Source: Nitrospirae bacterium CG02_land_8_20_14_3_00_41_53
GTDB taxonomy: Bacteria > Nitrospirota > Thermodesulfovibrionia > Thermodesulfovibrionales > SM23-35
Reading direction: 5' to 3'
DNA: 51,315 nucleotides
NCBI GenBank assembly: GCA_002780895.1
Contig: PEUB01000106.1
Location: 1 to 51,315 of the forward strand
The translations under genes were made by a program, and so were the position numbers. Positions 19,076 to 31,216 of this stretch are shown in pieces (within the stretch, counting starts at the first letter, position 1; each line of letters starts with the position of its first letter). The notes beneath the pieces are model-generated. The model had not been told where the DNA came from. It was given only the letters and a program-made list of their open reading frames with translations, and searched no databases.

Positions 19076-20857
19076 TTATAACCTCCTCAATTCACTTAAA
19101 AGATTTTCAGCAACCTTCTTATTAAACCCTTTAATCTTCGCTATTTCATCAATGGTAGCATTTCTTATATCTTCTATACTACCAAAAACCCTTAAAAGTT
19201 CAAGCCTACGCTTCTTGCCTATGCCAGGAATTGTTTCAAGGGGTGATTGCAAAAGCCCCTTCTCCCTTAACTTCCTGTGATATCCTACCGCAAACCTGTG
19301 CGCCTCATCCCTTATTTTCTTGAGCAGTAAAGATGACGGTCTCCTGTCTTCAAGGTTTATGGAGGTTTCAGATGTTGTCAGGTATGCCCTGTCAGGGTCT
19401 TTAGCAATGGCAATTAGCATGGGCGGTTCTTTAAATGCTGCTATATTTTTATCTGTAACCTTTTTAGCTATTTTAAGCTGCCCTTTACCTCCATCAATGA
19501 TAATGAGGTCGGGCAATTTGCCTTCAAGATTTCCAATGATTCTCTCGATTATCTCTTCCATCATCGAATAATCATTAACCCCTTGAACTGTTTTAATCTT
19601 CAGCCTTCTATACATATCCTTCTCAAATTCACCACCCGACCAGTAAACGAATGCACCTACAGATTCATTTCCTGAGATAGTCGAAACATCAAAAGCACCT
19701 ATATCCTCGGGAGGTTTTTCAAACTTCAATCTTTCCTTTAAATCATTTAACAGCTCATGTATCCCTGGTTCCTTTCTATTTCTGTATGCGTGGAATGCAT
19801 TCTCCGATGCCATATTAATAAGCTCCTTTTTCTTTCCCCTCTTCGGAGACATTATTTTCACAGCAGCTCCTTTCCGCTGACCGAGCCAGTTTTCAAGCGG
19901 TTTTAATTCCTCAGGCAACACCGGTGTTGTGATTTTAGATGGAGGTATAATCTCCTTTGAATAAAACTGTGTAATAAAGGTATGCATTAATTCTTTATCT
20001 GAAACATTTTCAATATTCCTAATGAAAAGATCTTTCGACCCGATCATAATCCCATTTCTTATAAAGAAGATCTCAAATGATACTACGCTGCCTTCTCTAT
20101 AAAACCCGATTATATCTATGTTTCCGAGTTCAGGGGCAACGGCTTTCTGTGATTCCCATGCCTTTTCGAGTGCCTTAATCCTGTCCCTTAGTTTGGCAGC
20201 CTCCTCGAACATCATTTCCTCTGAGAGCTTTATCATCTTTTCCTCGAGCCCATCGATCAGCTCTTTTTTCTCACTGTTTAAAAAGAGCCTTATCTCCTCA
20301 ATTAGTTTCAGATATTCTTCCCTGCTTATAAGTCCTGCACAGGGTGCAGGACATCTTCCCATCTGATGCTGGATGCATGGCCGCATTGGTTTATCGAATG
20401 AATAACGGCAGTTCATTATCTGGAAGTTTCTCCTTATAAAGGAAAGGATTTCCCACATGGGGCCTGCCGGTACATAGGGACCAAAATATAATGCGCCATC
20501 CTTCTTAATCCTTCTTACGACCTCAAGCCTTGGCCACGCTTCATTAACAGTCAGTTTCAGATATGGATAGTTTTTATCATCCCTCAGTATTACATTAAAT
20601 CTGGGTTTGTATTGTTTTATAAGATTTGCCTCGAGCACGAGGGCCTCGAGTTCGTTGCCAGTGACTACATAAGTGAAGTCCCTTGTGTCTCTCATCATGG
20701 CTATTTTGCGGGCCTCGAGTCCTGATGACTTTTGAAAGTAACTCCTCAGACGATTCCTGAGGTTTTTTGCCTTGCCTACGTAAAGCACCCGTTCCTTCGC
20801 ATTTTTAAAAATATAAACACCTGATTTTGATGGCACACTGGAGAGCTTTGTAAGCAT
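19076..20857 (-). CDS. uvrC: Excinuclease ABC subunit C
   Basis: GIY-YIG (GVYIF...YVGKAKNL), LIIIDGGKGQ, RDEAHRFA, C-terminal HhH. Confidence 0.97.
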   Translation of the reverse strand: MLTKLSSVPSKSGVYIFKNAKERVLYVGKAKNLRNRLRSYFQKSSGLEARKIAMMRDTRDFTYVVTGNELEALVLEANLIKQYKPRFNVILRDDKNYPYLKLTVNEAWPRLEVVRRIKKDGALYFGPYVPAGPMWEILSFIRRNFQIMNCRYSFDKPMRPCIQHQMGRCPAPCAGLISREEYLKLIEEIRLFLNSEKKELIDGLEEKMIKLSEEMMFEEAAKLRDRIKALEKAWESQKAVAPELGNIDIIGFYREGSVVSFEIFFIRNGIMIGSKDLFIRNIENVSDKELMHTFITQFYSKEIIPPSKITTPVLPEELKPLENWLGQRKGAAVKIMSPKRGKKKELINMASENAFHAYRNRKEPGIHELLNDLKERLKFEKPPEDIGAFDVSTISGNESVGAFVYWSGGEFEKDMYRRLKIKTVQGVNDYSMMEEIIERIIGNLEGKLPDLIIIDGGKGQLKIAKKVTDKNIAAFKEPPMLIAIAKDPDRAYLTTSETSINLEDRRPSSLLLKKIRDEAHRFAVGYHRKLREKGLLQSPLETIPGIGKKRRLELLRVFGSIEDIRNATIDEIAKIKGFNKKVAENLLSELRRL

Positions 20858-21126
20858 GATTATTTAGCTGCCTTCAGCCTCGCTATCTCCTGTTTAAGAT
20901 GTTGTATTTATTTTAACAGATTTAAATTGTATTGATAAGGCATGTTTATCCTGACTTAAGCTGTGTAAAAACAAAAAAGTTGTCTTAAAGCCCTAATGTA
21001 ACTACCTGTGTGGCAGCTCTTACGAGAGACCCTCCCTCTCAGCCTTGATTCAAAATTCTGCTCAAGGTTGCCAAGCAGTGGCTTTAAAACAACCTTCATT
21101 AAATTTAGAAGCAACTATCATGCCAG

Positions 21127-21300
21127 TTACTAAGATGGCTATAAGTAAGGATACATTGTCTGTCATTCCCGCTTGTCGGGAATCTTTCTTTAACAACCCC
21201 CTGTATCCCCCTTTTCTAAGGGGGACTAAGAAGGATTCTGGACAAGCCAGAATGACAACATGCATTGGGAATGTTGTCTTACTTATGGCCGACTTAGTAA
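21127..21300. mobile_element. MITE-like element with nested REP-like pair and half palindrome
   Basis: 31-bp terminal inverted repeats (21127-21157 and 21270-21300, 25/31 matching); inner inverted hairpins at 21161-21184 and 21234-21257; central C/G element at 21195-21225. Confidence 0.75.
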
Positions 21301-21364
21301 ATTATTAAGGAGGCTAAGCAGTAATTTATAAGGGATAAGAAGTATAATAATTTCATTAATAGAT

Positions 21365-23539
21365 ATGCATATAGAAATTCAGGGTCAATTAGAAAAAATC
21401 AGCTATATCAATGAAGAAAATGGCTACACAATTGCCAAAATGAAGGTTAAAGGTCATAGGGAGCTTATTACAATCACAGGTAATCTGCTCTCTGTGACTC
21501 CAGGGGAAATATTAAAGCTCAACGGTATATGGTATAACCACCCTAAATATGGCGAGCAAATTAAAGTTACCGCTTACGAATCTGTTATCCCTGCTACTGT
21601 TAAAGGCATAGAACGGTATCTTGGTTCTGGTTTAATCAAAGGAATAGGTCCTATTATGGCAAAACGGATTGTTACTAAGTTTGGAGTTGAAACACTTGAT
21701 GTTATTGAAAATTCAATATTACGACTAAAAGAAGCGGACGGTATCGGAGATAAACGCATCGAGATGATCCAAAAGGCCTGGGCTGAACAGAAGGAGATAA
21801 AGGAAGTAATGCTTTTTCTTCAGGGTCATGGGGTAAGCTCATCTTATGCTACAAAGATTTTTAAACAATACGGTCAGAAAACTATAAAGATAGTCAAAGA
21901 AAATCCTTATCAACTGGCAACAGATATTTTTGGCATCGGGTTCATTACTGCTGACAAGATTGCTGAAAATCTGGGAATAGCTAAAGACTCCCAGATAAGG
22001 GCAGAGGCCGGAGTTCTTTATGTCCTTCAACAATTATCTAACGAAGGTCATGTCTATTATCCGTATGAACTCCTGGTAGAAGAATGCAAGAAAGTCTTAA
22101 ACCTTGAAAGGGATATTATTGTAAGGGCCTTTGGCAAGATTGCCTTAGAAAGGAAAATAGTTATCGAGGATATAAACGAAGAAGAGATTGAGAAGAACAA
22201 TAAGGCTGTTTATCTCACAGAATTTTACGTATCTGAAGTAGGTATTTCTGATAGCTTAAAAAAGTTGTTGAATACTAAAAAGATGTTGCGGCTCTTTGAC
22301 ATCGAAAAAGCCTTGGAATGGGTTCAAAAGGAACTCGGCATTATATTGGCAGAAAATCAAATTAAAGCAGTGAAAGAATCTATCCGGCAGAAAGTAATGG
22401 TAATCACCGGAGGACCCGGCACCGGGAAGACTACAATTATTAATTCCATCATAAAGATATATAAGAGGTTAGGACAAAGGGTTCTCCTTGCAGCACCAAC
22501 TGGAAGGGCATCAAAAAGAATGACGGAAGCAACAGGCCATGAAGCAAAAACCATACATCGTCTTCTGGGATTCAGCCCTGTGGAAGGACGCTTCAAAAGG
22601 AACGAACAGAACCCTCTGGAAGCTGATTTGATAGTAATCGATGAAACTTCGATGGTTGATACTATCTTGATGTATCACTTCTTAAAGGCAGTACCGATCA
22701 CTGCTACCTTAATTCTCGTGGGAGATGCGGATCAACTCCCATCCGTTGGAGCTGGGAATGTCCTGAAAGATATTATCGAGTCTGGTGTAATACATACGGT
22801 GAAGTTACATGAGATATTCAGACAGTCCGGAGAAAGCCTGATTATCACAAACGCCCATAAAGTAAATAATGGAGAAATGCCAATACTTACGCATAATAAA
22901 GATAGAATACAGGATTTCTATTTCTTTCAAATTGAAGAACCCGAGAAAATTCTTGAGAGGATAATCAGCCTTTGTAAAGAAAAAATACCTGAGAAATTTA
23001 AATTTGACCCTGTAAAAGATATTCAGGTTTTAACAGCGATGCATAAAGGAATAATAGGGACTTCAAATCTTAACATAGAACTACAGAAGGCATTAAATCC
23101 TTCAACCGATGAATTAGTCAGAGGCAGTAAGGTTTTCAAACCAGGCGATAAGGTGATGCAGATTATAAATAACTATGACAAAGATGTTTATAATGGTGAC
23201 ATTGGTGTAATAACACGTATAGATAAAGAAGAACAGGAGATTACCGTTGATTATGACGGAAAGAGTGTAATCTATGATTATAAGGATTTAGATGAAATTG
23301 TCTTAGCCTACTGTATATCGGTACATAAGTCACAGGGCAGCGAATATTTAGCAGTTGTGATGCCTGTCCATACACAACACTATATGCTTTTACAGAGGAA
23401 TTTGTTATACACAGGGATAACAAGAGGGAAAAGGCTTGTTGTATTAATAGGAACAAAAAAAGCCCTGGCAATAGCTATCAGAAATAACAAACCTCAAAAA
23501 AGGTATACGTATTTGAAAAATAGATTAATGAAACCTTAG
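21365..23539 (+). CDS. recD2: RecD2-like ATP-dependent DNA helicase
   Basis: YLGSGLIKGIG, TGGPGTGKT, DETSM, QLPSVGAG, HKSQGSEY. Confidence 0.93.
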   Translation: MHIEIQGQLEKISYINEENGYTIAKMKVKGHRELITITGNLLSVTPGEILKLNGIWYNHPKYGEQIKVTAYESVIPATVKGIERYLGSGLIKGIGPIMAKRIVTKFGVETLDVIENSILRLKEADGIGDKRIEMIQKAWAEQKEIKEVMLFLQGHGVSSSYATKIFKQYGQKTIKIVKENPYQLATDIFGIGFITADKIAENLGIAKDSQIRAEAGVLYVLQQLSNEGHVYYPYELLVEECKKVLNLERDIIVRAFGKIALERKIVIEDINEEEIEKNNKAVYLTEFYVSEVGISDSLKKLLNTKKMLRLFDIEKALEWVQKELGIILAENQIKAVKESIRQKVMVITGGPGTGKTTIINSIIKIYKRLGQRVLLAAPTGRASKRMTEATGHEAKTIHRLLGFSPVEGRFKRNEQNPLEADLIVIDETSMVDTILMYHFLKAVPITATLILVGDADQLPSVGAGNVLKDIIESGVIHTVKLHEIFRQSGESLIITNAHKVNNGEMPILTHNKDRIQDFYFFQIEEPEKILERIISLCKEKIPEKFKFDPVKDIQVLTAMHKGIIGTSNLNIELQKALNPSTDELVRGSKVFKPGDKVMQIINNYDKDVYNGDIGVITRIDKEEQEITVDYDGKSVIYDYKDLDEIVLAYCISVHKSQGSEYLAVVMPVHTQHYMLLQRNLLYTGITRGKRLVVLIGTKKALAIAIRNNKPQKRYTYLKNRLMKP

Positions 23540-24520
23540 CTATTCTGTCTCCTCTTTAAAACTCCCTATTTTCCTGAATTTTTTGTATCTTTCTTCTATA
23601 AGTTTACCAGGTGTTTTTGTTTTAAGCTCCTCGATAGCTGTTAGAATGAATTCAGATATCTTTTTTGCTATCCCCTCAGGGTCCCTATGTGCTCCTCCGA
23701 GTGGTTCAGGGATTATGCCATCTATTATCTTGAAACTCAGCAGGTCCTGAGCAGTAAGCTTAAGCGCATCTGCTGCTTTTGAAAAGTCCTCACTGCTGAA
23801 GTCGCCATTCTTTTTCCAGAGTATTGCAGCACACCCTTCAGGAGAGATTACAGAATAGATAGAATGTTCAAGCATAAATAATCGATCTGCAACACCGAGG
23901 GCAAGGGCTCCCCCGCTTCCACCCTCTCCAATAACTATAGAGATTATTGGCGTTCTCAACCTTGCCATTTCCATCAGGTTAACTGCAATAGCTTCTGCCT
24001 GACCTCTCTCCTCTGCACCGATTCCAGGGTACGCACCCGGAGTGTCGATAAAAGTTATCACTGGTCTTTTAAATTTCTCTGCGAGTTTCATTAACCTGAG
24101 CGCCTTTCTGTATCCTTCCGGATGTGGCTGTCCGAAATTACGGTATATCCTTTCCTTTGTTCCCCGCCCCTTCTGATGACCAACGATTATTACAGGTATA
24201 TCATTAATCTTTGCTACGCCTCCAACAATTGCAGGGTCGTCAGAAAATCTCCTGTCCCCATGCAATTCAATAAAGTCACTCGTTATCAGGTTTATATAAT
24301 CGAGTGTATATGGCCTCTCAGGGTGCCTTGCTATGAGTGTTTTCTGCCAGGGTTTCAGTTTTGAAAAAATCTCTGAACGGAGTTCCTTTACCTTCTTTTC
24401 AAGTTTCTTTATCTCGCTTGATATATCAATGTCTTTCCCGTCAGATATCCTTTTGAGCTCCTCTATCTTCAGCTCGAGCTCCTCGATAGTTTTCTCGAAT
24501 TCAAGGTAATATCTGATCAT
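23540..24520 (-). CDS. accA: Acetyl-CoA carboxylase carboxyltransferase alpha subunit
   Basis: [30 protein letters not shown]. Confidence 0.97.
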   Translation of the reverse strand: MIRYYLEFEKTIEELELKIEELKRISDGKDIDISSEIKKLEKKVKELRSEIFSKLKPWQKTLIARHPERPYTLDYINLITSDFIELHGDRRFSDDPAIVGGVAKINDIPVIIVGHQKGRGTKERIYRNFGQPHPEGYRKALRLMKLAEKFKRPVITFIDTPGAYPGIGAEERGQAEAIAVNLMEMARLRTPIISIVIGEGGSGGALALGVADRLFMLEHSIYSVISPEGCAAILWKKNGDFSSEDFSKAADALKLTAQDLLSFKIIDGIIPEPLGGAHRDPEGIAKKISEFILTAIEELKTKTPGKLIEERYKKFRKIGSFKEETE

Positions 24521-27500
24521 TGGAATGTCACAGCCCCTTTACCTGTTATTTCTTCTATCTTGCTTATTATCTCGCTATCAGGAGATAGCCTTATCCCTGT
24601 AGCTATCAATGTCTCTGTGTCTTTAAGGAATATTCTCAGATAAAGAGGATATTCACCTTTGCCATTTGATGTTATAACAGACTTTAGCTTTTCGAGGCTT
24701 ATGTTATTTGATGATGGATACCTCAGACTTATTTCAACCTTGTAATCCTTTTTTGTTCCAAGCGCATCTAACCTTGATATCTCTGTAGAGACGATTTTTA
24801 TTCCCTTTTCTGTTTTATCCAAAGTGCCTTTTACGAGAAGCGGTGTGTCTTTTTGCAAAATGGGCAGGCTGTTTCTGTAAAGTTCGGGGAATACTATTCC
24901 CTCTATGTTACCCTCAGGGTCTTCGAGTGTAAAATACGCCATTATCTCTGCCTTTGATTTTGTCTGAATCCTTTTGATGCTTATCAAAATACCGCCTATC
25001 TTAATCTCTTCCCCCTCTGGTAATTCTTCAAGTTCGGATGTCTTTTTTGCGCCGATCTTTTTGAGCTGTCTGTAGTATTTTGTTAATGGGTGGCCTGTTA
25101 TATAAAAACCAAGTGCCTCCTTTTCGCATTTCAAAAGTTCTTCTTCGCCCCACTCCGCAAGATTTTCTGTAGTTTCCTCAGTGATGTTGCCGAAGATGCT
25201 CTGTTGGCCAAATACTCGTGCAGTATGAATCCTTGAACTTTCGTTAAGAATCCTGTTCATCAACTCCATCGCTTTCGCTCTCGTCGTACCGAGTGAGTCA
25301 AAGGCACCTGCCTTTGTAAGGCTCTCTACGACCTTTTTGTTTACCTTCCTCGGATCTATTCTCTCGAGAAAATTTGGTACAGAAATAAACGGCCCGTCTG
25401 TATTTCTCGATTCAATTATGGACTCTATCGTAGATGCGCCGACCCCTTTTACTGCCTCAAGTCCAAAGCGTATTGAGTTACCTATTACCTTGAATTCCTG
25501 TCCGGATTGATTAATATCAGGCGGGAGTATTGCTATCCCCATCTCACGGCACTCGGTTATTGATTTGACTATCTTGTCTGTATTATCCATATCAGCACTC
25601 AGGGTGGCAGCCATGAACTCCACAGGGTAGTGTGCTTTTAGATAAGCTGTCTGGTAAGCAAGGTATGCATATGCTGTTGAGTGCGACTTATTAAAGCCGT
25701 ATTCTGCAAAGAAAGCCATTAAATCAAAAATCCTTGTTGCCTTTTTCTCCGAGATGCTGTTTGCATGAGCGCCCCGTATAAATACCTCTTTTAGTTTTTC
25801 CATCTCTTCCGGCCTTTTTTTGCCCATAGCCTTTCTAAGAATATCTGCCTGTCCCATGGTAAAGTTTGCAAGCTTATTTGCTATCCGCATGACCTGCTCC
25901 TGATAGAGGATAACACCGTATGTCTCGTCTAAGATTTCCTTTAGTTGAGGCAGGTCGTGTTTGACAGGTATCTTCCCCTTTTTTCTTTTTATGAAGTCAT
26001 CTATCATGCCGCTTCCCATAGGGCCTGGTCTGTGAAGGGCGACTATCGCTATAAGGTCTCCAAACCTGTTTGGAGAAATCTTAATAAGCAGGTCCCTCAT
26101 GCCGGCACTTTCAAGCTGGAATATACCTGTGGTATGTCCTGAACTCAGAAGTTCATATGTCTTTTTGTCTTCGAATGAGATATCTTTGAGTGATACGTCT
26201 TTACCATTATCTCCGATATATTTCAGGGCATTGTCAATTATTGTAAGGGTCTTTAGCCCTAAAAAATCGAATTTTAATAAGCCGATTTTTTCTATTGAGC
26301 CCATATCAAACTGGGTCATAATGCTTCCATCTGAAGGATTTTTATAAAGTGGTGTGTAGTCTGTTAAAGGGGTTGGAGAGATTACAAGACCTGCAGCATG
26401 GGTTGATGCGTGCCTGCAGAGCCCTTCGAGTCGCATGGCGATATTAATCAATTCTTTTATCCTCGGATTGCTATCATAAAGGGCTTTTAATTGCGGCTCA
26501 ACCTTTAATGTATCTTCGATCGTGATATTCAATGTGTTGGGCACCAGCTTTGCAATCCTGTCTACCTCTATATAAGGGAAATCAAGTGCCCTGCCAACAT
26601 CTCTTATCGCTGCCTTTGCAGCCATTGTGCCGAATGTAATTATTTGTGCAACATGATCTTTTCCGTATTTTTCTGCAACGTATGAGATAACCTCTGACCT
26701 TCTATCTTTGCAAAAGTCCACATCTATGTCAGGCATGCTTATCCTTTCAGGATTGAGAAATCGCTCAAAAAGGAGATTATATTTAACAGGGTCAATATCT
26801 GTGATACCGAGGCAGTATGATACCAGACTTCCGGCTGCCGAGCCTCTACCAGGGCCAACGGGAATCCCTTTCTTTTTTGCGTATCTTATAAAGTCCCAGA
26901 CGATAAGGAAGTATGATGAATAACCCATCTTTTTTATTATATCGAGTTCTCTGCTGAGTCTTTCTGTATAGAGGGTATTTGGATCAGCCCCAAATCTATG
27001 TAACATTCCTTCAATAGCAAGTTTCTCGAGCAGTGCATTAGGTGTCTGACCATTTTCAAGTTCGTATATCGGCAGCATGTTAGCCCCTAACTTAAATTCA
27101 ACATTACACCTCTCTGCAATGGCCCTTGTATTCAGGATTGCTTCTGGAATATCTTTGAATGCATTTTTTATTTCCTCGGGTGATTTGAAATAGAAACCAT
27201 CGGAACTGAACTGGAGACGGTTTTTATCCTTTACTGTCTTGCCTGTCTGGATACAGAGCAGGATATCATGTGCCCTTGAATCTTCCTTTTTCATATAGTG
27301 GCAGTCATTTGTGGCCACTAAATTAATATGTAACTCACTTGCAAGTTCGATAAGCCTCCTGTTCGCCTCCTCTTGTTCGGGCAGGTTATTATCCTGCAAC
27401 TCTATATAAAAATTTTCCGGGCCGAGTATATGTTTGTATTCAAGTGCCTTCTCCCTTGCCTTATCAATCATTCCCCTCTGCAGATAATACGGTACCTCTC

Positions 27501-27936
27501 CTTTAAGACATGATGTTAGTCCGATCAGGCCTCCGCTGTATTGGCCGAGCAGATCCATATCTATTCTCGGTTTGTAGTAGAAACCCTCAGTATATGCCTT
27601 TGTCACGAGTGAGACAAGGTTTCGGTACCCATTGTTATCTTTTGCGAGCAGGATGAGATGAAAGGATGCCTCCCCTACATCAGCAGCAAGCCTCTTCTCA
27701 AAACGGTTCTCTGGTGCTACATAGACCTCACAGCCGATTATAGGTTTTATCCCTGCTTTTGTGGCGTGCCTGTAAAACTCTACTGCACCAAATAAGTTGC
27801 CATGGTCTGTTATTGCCACTGCAGGCATCCTGAAGGCAGCAGCCTGCTCGACAAGCTCTTTTATCCTGATAGCTCCGTCCAGCAGGCTGTATTCTGTATG
27901 CAGATGAAGGGGGACGTAATCTGAATGCTGATGCAT
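24517..27936 (-). CDS. dnaE: DNA polymerase III alpha subunit
   Basis: [39 protein letters not shown]; no intein seen. Confidence 0.98.
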   Translation of the reverse strand: MHQHSDYVPLHLHTEYSLLDGAIRIKELVEQAAAFRMPAVAITDHGNLFGAVEFYRHATKAGIKPIIGCEVYVAPENRFEKRLAADVGEASFHLILLAKDNNGYRNLVSLVTKAYTEGFYYKPRIDMDLLGQYSGGLIGLTSCLKGEVPYYLQRGMIDKAREKALEYKHILGPENFYIELQDNNLPEQEEANRRLIELASELHINLVATNDCHYMKKEDSRAHDILLCIQTGKTVKDKNRLQFSSDGFYFKSPEEIKNAFKDIPEAILNTRAIAERCNVEFKLGANMLPIYELENGQTPNALLEKLAIEGMLHRFGADPNTLYTERLSRELDIIKKMGYSSYFLIVWDFIRYAKKKGIPVGPGRGSAAGSLVSYCLGITDIDPVKYNLLFERFLNPERISMPDIDVDFCKDRRSEVISYVAEKYGKDHVAQIITFGTMAAKAAIRDVGRALDFPYIEVDRIAKLVPNTLNITIEDTLKVEPQLKALYDSNPRIKELINIAMRLEGLCRHASTHAAGLVISPTPLTDYTPLYKNPSDGSIMTQFDMGSIEKIGLLKFDFLGLKTLTIIDNALKYIGDNGKDVSLKDISFEDKKTYELLSSGHTTGIFQLESAGMRDLLIKISPNRFGDLIAIVALHRPGPMGSGMIDDFIKRKKGKIPVKHDLPQLKEILDETYGVILYQEQVMRIANKLANFTMGQADILRKAMGKKRPEEMEKLKEVFIRGAHANSISEKKATRIFDLMAFFAEYGFNKSHSTAYAYLAYQTAYLKAHYPVEFMAATLSADMDNTDKIVKSITECREMGIAILPPDINQSGQEFKVIGNSIRFGLEAVKGVGASTIESIIESRNTDGPFISVPNFLERIDPRKVNKKVVESLTKAGAFDSLGTTRAKAMELMNRILNESSRIHTARVFGQQSIFGNITEETTENLAEWGEEELLKCEKEALGFYITGHPLTKYYRQLKKIGAKKTSELEELPEGEEIKIGGILISIKRIQTKSKAEIMAYFTLEDPEGNIEGIVFPELYRNSLPILQKDTPLLVKGTLDKTEKGIKIVSTEISRLDALGTKKDYKVEISLRYPSSNNISLEKLKSVITSNGKGEYPLYLRIFLKDTETLIATGIRLSPDSEIISKIEEITGKGAVTFQ

Positions 27937-28028
27937 AATAAAATATTAACCTTATGGGTAGTTTCAAGTCAATGCAAACAGCGATGAAGATTTTGACACA
28001 TCTTCTACATCAAAGGTATAATGCAAAA

Positions 28029-30338
28029 ATGCGACTGAAACTTATTATTATCTTCACTGTCTTCTCAATTATAGTCGGTACCTTTACTGGAGGCTATCTT
28101 GCTATAAGCAGGGGGATACCTTCTATTGAGGAGATGAAGCAATATAAACCTGAAACAGGCACAAAGATATATGCTGACGATGATGTGCTTATAGGAGAGC
28201 TTAAAGTAGAAAAAGGTATATTTGTCCCGATAAATAAAATACCAGAACACATGATAAATTCCGTTATAGCTGTTGAGGATTCGAGGTTCTGGAGGCATAA
28301 AGGTATTGATTATCTTGCCATAGCAAGGGCAGTTATAAAGGACATTCTTTATGTAGGACTCAAGGAGGGCGGAAGCACAATAACCCAGCAGCTCGCAAAG
28401 GTGATGTTCCTTACCCCTGAAAAAACTCTTAAAAGAAAGCTCAGGGAGGCGGCACTTGCTATAAAGATTGAAAAGAGCCTCGATAAAAAAGAGATACTCG
28501 AACTCTACCTGAATAAGATTTATTTCGGCCATGGTGCGTATGGTGTTGAGATGGCCTCCAGGATATATTTTGGTAAATCAGTAAAGGATATAACACTGCC
28601 TGAGGCTGCACTCATTGCAGGTCTCATAAAAGCGCCTTCATTATATTCTCCATACAACGACCTGACAAAGGCAAAAGAAAGGCAGCAAATCGTGCTTTCG
28701 CGCATGGAAGAAGAAGGCTTTATTAAAATGTCTGAAAAGGATGATGCATTAAAACAGCCTGTTTATCTTTCAAGCATGAGGAAGGGTATAGAGGCAAACA
28801 ACTACTTCATAGAATACGTAAGAAAATACCTCGAAGAGAAATATGGTGAAGAGACTGTATATAAAGAGGGTTTGAAGGTATATACAACATTAGATAGAAA
28901 GGCACAATTATCAGGAGCGAAAGCCCTGCAGGAAGGGCTAAAGGAGCTCGATAAAAGAAGGGGATGGCGTGGGCCGTTAGAACATAAAAAAGACATTGAT
29001 ATTGAAAGAGAGATGAAGAGTAAAGAATTCACAACCTCGGTTGTTACAACTCCCGGATATAGTGCTTCAGGACTTGTTCTAAAGGTTAGCAACACCGAAG
29101 CCCTGATAAAGACAAGAGGTATTATGGGGAAGCTTTCCATCGGGGATGCAAGATGGGCCTCAAACGTCATCGGCCTAAAGAAGGGCACTGGTAAGGTTTT
29201 AAAAGATTTTAAGTTGACGCAGATACTTAAGCCTGGAGATATAGTGAAGGTGAGCATAAAAAGTATACGCGGCAGCGATGTCCGCCTTTCGCTTGAGCAG
29301 GAACCAGAAGTAGAAGGAGCCTTAGTGGCTTTAGAGCCTGATACCGGATTCATCAGGGCAATTGTTGGCGGGTACGATTTTGTGAAAAGCGACTTTAACA
29401 GGGCTTTATATGCAAAAAGACAGCCAGGTTCTGCATTTAAACCGATTATATATGCAGCTGCTCTGGATCACGGTTTTACCCCTGCAAGCACAATAGTAGA
29501 TGAACCTATAACCTATCATGGAGGGCCAAAGGGTGAATGGAGCCCTGAAAACTATGACCATAAATTTTATGGACCTACGCGGCTGAGAGAGGCATTGACT
29601 TATTCAAGAAATGTAGTCACAGTAAAATTGGTCGAGGCATTAGGAGTAAATAACGTGATTGATTTTGCAAGGACTATTGGCATTCAGGGAGATATACCGA
29701 CAGACCTGACCCTTGCACTTGGTTCGCTGAGTATTAGTCCACTTGACCTTGCCTTATGTTACACCGTATTTGCAAGTAATGGCATGAAGGTAAAACCTGT
29801 TGCAATTAAATATATCACAGATTCAAGAGGCAGGGTTCTTGAAAGTAATGAACCAGAGGCAGAAGAGGTTATAAGTCCCCAGACTGCATTCCTGATAACC
29901 TCGATGATGGAAGACGTTGTAAGGAATGGCACAGGGTGGAGGGCAAAGGCTCTTGGCAGGCCTGTTGCCGGAAAGACAGGGACAACAAACGAATATAGAG
30001 ATGCATGGTTTGTAGGCTATACACCTGATTTAGTCTCTGCTGTCTGGGTTGGTTTTGACGATATGAGACCTCTTGGTCATCTGGAGACAGGTGCACGCGC
30101 AGCATCTCCTATCTGGGTGTCTTTCATGAAGGATTTTCTGAGTGGAGAAATCGAAGATTTTACTGTACCTGAAGGTATAGTCAGTTATACTATAGATCCT
30201 GCAACAGGACTTTTATCAAAGGACGAATCTATAGGTGTTAAAGAATATTTTGAGGAAGGTACAGAGCCAAAAAAATTTGCACCATCCACCTCTATTCGGG
30301 AACCAAAAGAAAATCCCGTAAACCTTAATTTTGATTAG
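28029..30338 (+). CDS. Penicillin-binding protein 1A
   Basis: Transglycosylase EDSRF and GGSTITQQ; transpeptidase SAFK, SRN and KTG motifs. Confidence 0.93.
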   Translation: MRLKLIIIFTVFSIIVGTFTGGYLAISRGIPSIEEMKQYKPETGTKIYADDDVLIGELKVEKGIFVPINKIPEHMINSVIAVEDSRFWRHKGIDYLAIARAVIKDILYVGLKEGGSTITQQLAKVMFLTPEKTLKRKLREAALAIKIEKSLDKKEILELYLNKIYFGHGAYGVEMASRIYFGKSVKDITLPEAALIAGLIKAPSLYSPYNDLTKAKERQQIVLSRMEEEGFIKMSEKDDALKQPVYLSSMRKGIEANNYFIEYVRKYLEEKYGEETVYKEGLKVYTTLDRKAQLSGAKALQEGLKELDKRRGWRGPLEHKKDIDIEREMKSKEFTTSVVTTPGYSASGLVLKVSNTEALIKTRGIMGKLSIGDARWASNVIGLKKGTGKVLKDFKLTQILKPGDIVKVSIKSIRGSDVRLSLEQEPEVEGALVALEPDTGFIRAIVGGYDFVKSDFNRALYAKRQPGSAFKPIIYAAALDHGFTPASTIVDEPITYHGGPKGEWSPENYDHKFYGPTRLREALTYSRNVVTVKLVEALGVNNVIDFARTIGIQGDIPTDLTLALGSLSISPLDLALCYTVFASNGMKVKPVAIKYITDSRGRVLESNEPEAEEVISPQTAFLITSMMEDVVRNGTGWRAKALGRPVAGKTGTTNEYRDAWFVGYTPDLVSAVWVGFDDMRPLGHLETGARAASPIWVSFMKDFLSGEIEDFTVPEGIVSYTIDPATGLLSKDESIGVKEYFEEGTEPKKFAPSTSIREPKENPVNLNFD

Positions 30339-30486
30339 GAGGATTGCTATATGTCCTCGACCAAATTTTTCGCCTTTTTTTGTTAAGAAATAGTAATAGA
30401 AAAAATTTTACAATCTTATTTTATCTTCTTGACATTTCAGGACTGCCTGTGTAATATAATATTGATTTTTTCTAGAGGAGGTACCG

Positions 30487-31182
30487 ATGGCAGCTGGTAT
30501 TGAAGAGAAACTTTTAATGGATATTATTATTAATCCTGAAGTAATTCCACATTATGTTTCATATGCCTTCCTTGCATCAGCAATCCTGATTGTTGTGGCC
30601 CTTGTAATAAGAAAGTCTGCAAAGCTTGTGCCTACAGGTATTCAAAACTTCGTTGAGATTATAGCAGAGACCATGCTGAAATTGTCAGAGGACACTATAG
30701 GACATCATTGGGGAAGGACGTTCTTCCCTCTTATCAGTACCATCTTTATATTCATACTTACCTGTAACATGATGGGGCTTATCCCCGGGTTTGATTGCCC
30801 TACAGCCAATATAAATACAAACGCAGCGATGGCGGTACCTGTCTTTCTTATATATCAATTTTACGGATTAAGGATTCATGGTATTAAGTACATAAATCAT
30901 TATCTTGGGCCGATGCGTTCTTTGCCAGCCCTCCCGCTTATGATAATGATGTTTTTTATAGAATTAATTGGACATTTTGTAAGGCCGGTTACTCTCACAA
31001 TCCGACTTTTTGGCAATATGACAGCCAAACATATGCTACTCTTCGTCCTCGGTTTGATGGTGCCTGCTGTTATCCCAGTCTTAATACTTGTTCTCGGTCT
31101 TCTGGTGAGCGTTATCCAGGCATATGTATTTGCCCTGTTGACTACTGCATATATTGCTGGTGCTGTTGAAGAAGCACATTAA
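30487..31182 (+). CDS. atpB: F0 ATP synthase subunit a
   Basis: [27 protein letters not shown]. Confidence 0.95.
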   Translation: MAAGIEEKLLMDIIINPEVIPHYVSYAFLASAILIVVALVIRKSAKLVPTGIQNFVEIIAETMLKLSEDTIGHHWGRTFFPLISTIFIFILTCNMMGLIPGFDCPTANINTNAAMAVPVFLIYQFYGLRIHGIKYINHYLGPMRSLPALPLMIMMFFIELIGHFVRPVTLTIRLFGNMTAKHMLLFVLGLMVPAVIPVLILVLGLLVSVIQAYVFALLTTAYIAGAVEEAH

Positions 31183-31216
31183 TTTTGAAATTTTGTTAAG
31201 GAAAGGAGGAAGCGAA

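Noticed and set aside
21045-21308. ORFs 21045..21308 (+) and 21062..21265 (-)
   Set aside because: Both are translations of the nested repeat element, with no protein motif
24517-27936. Intein or repeat insertion in dnaE
   Set aside because: Length and motifs are normal, and no insertion was seen
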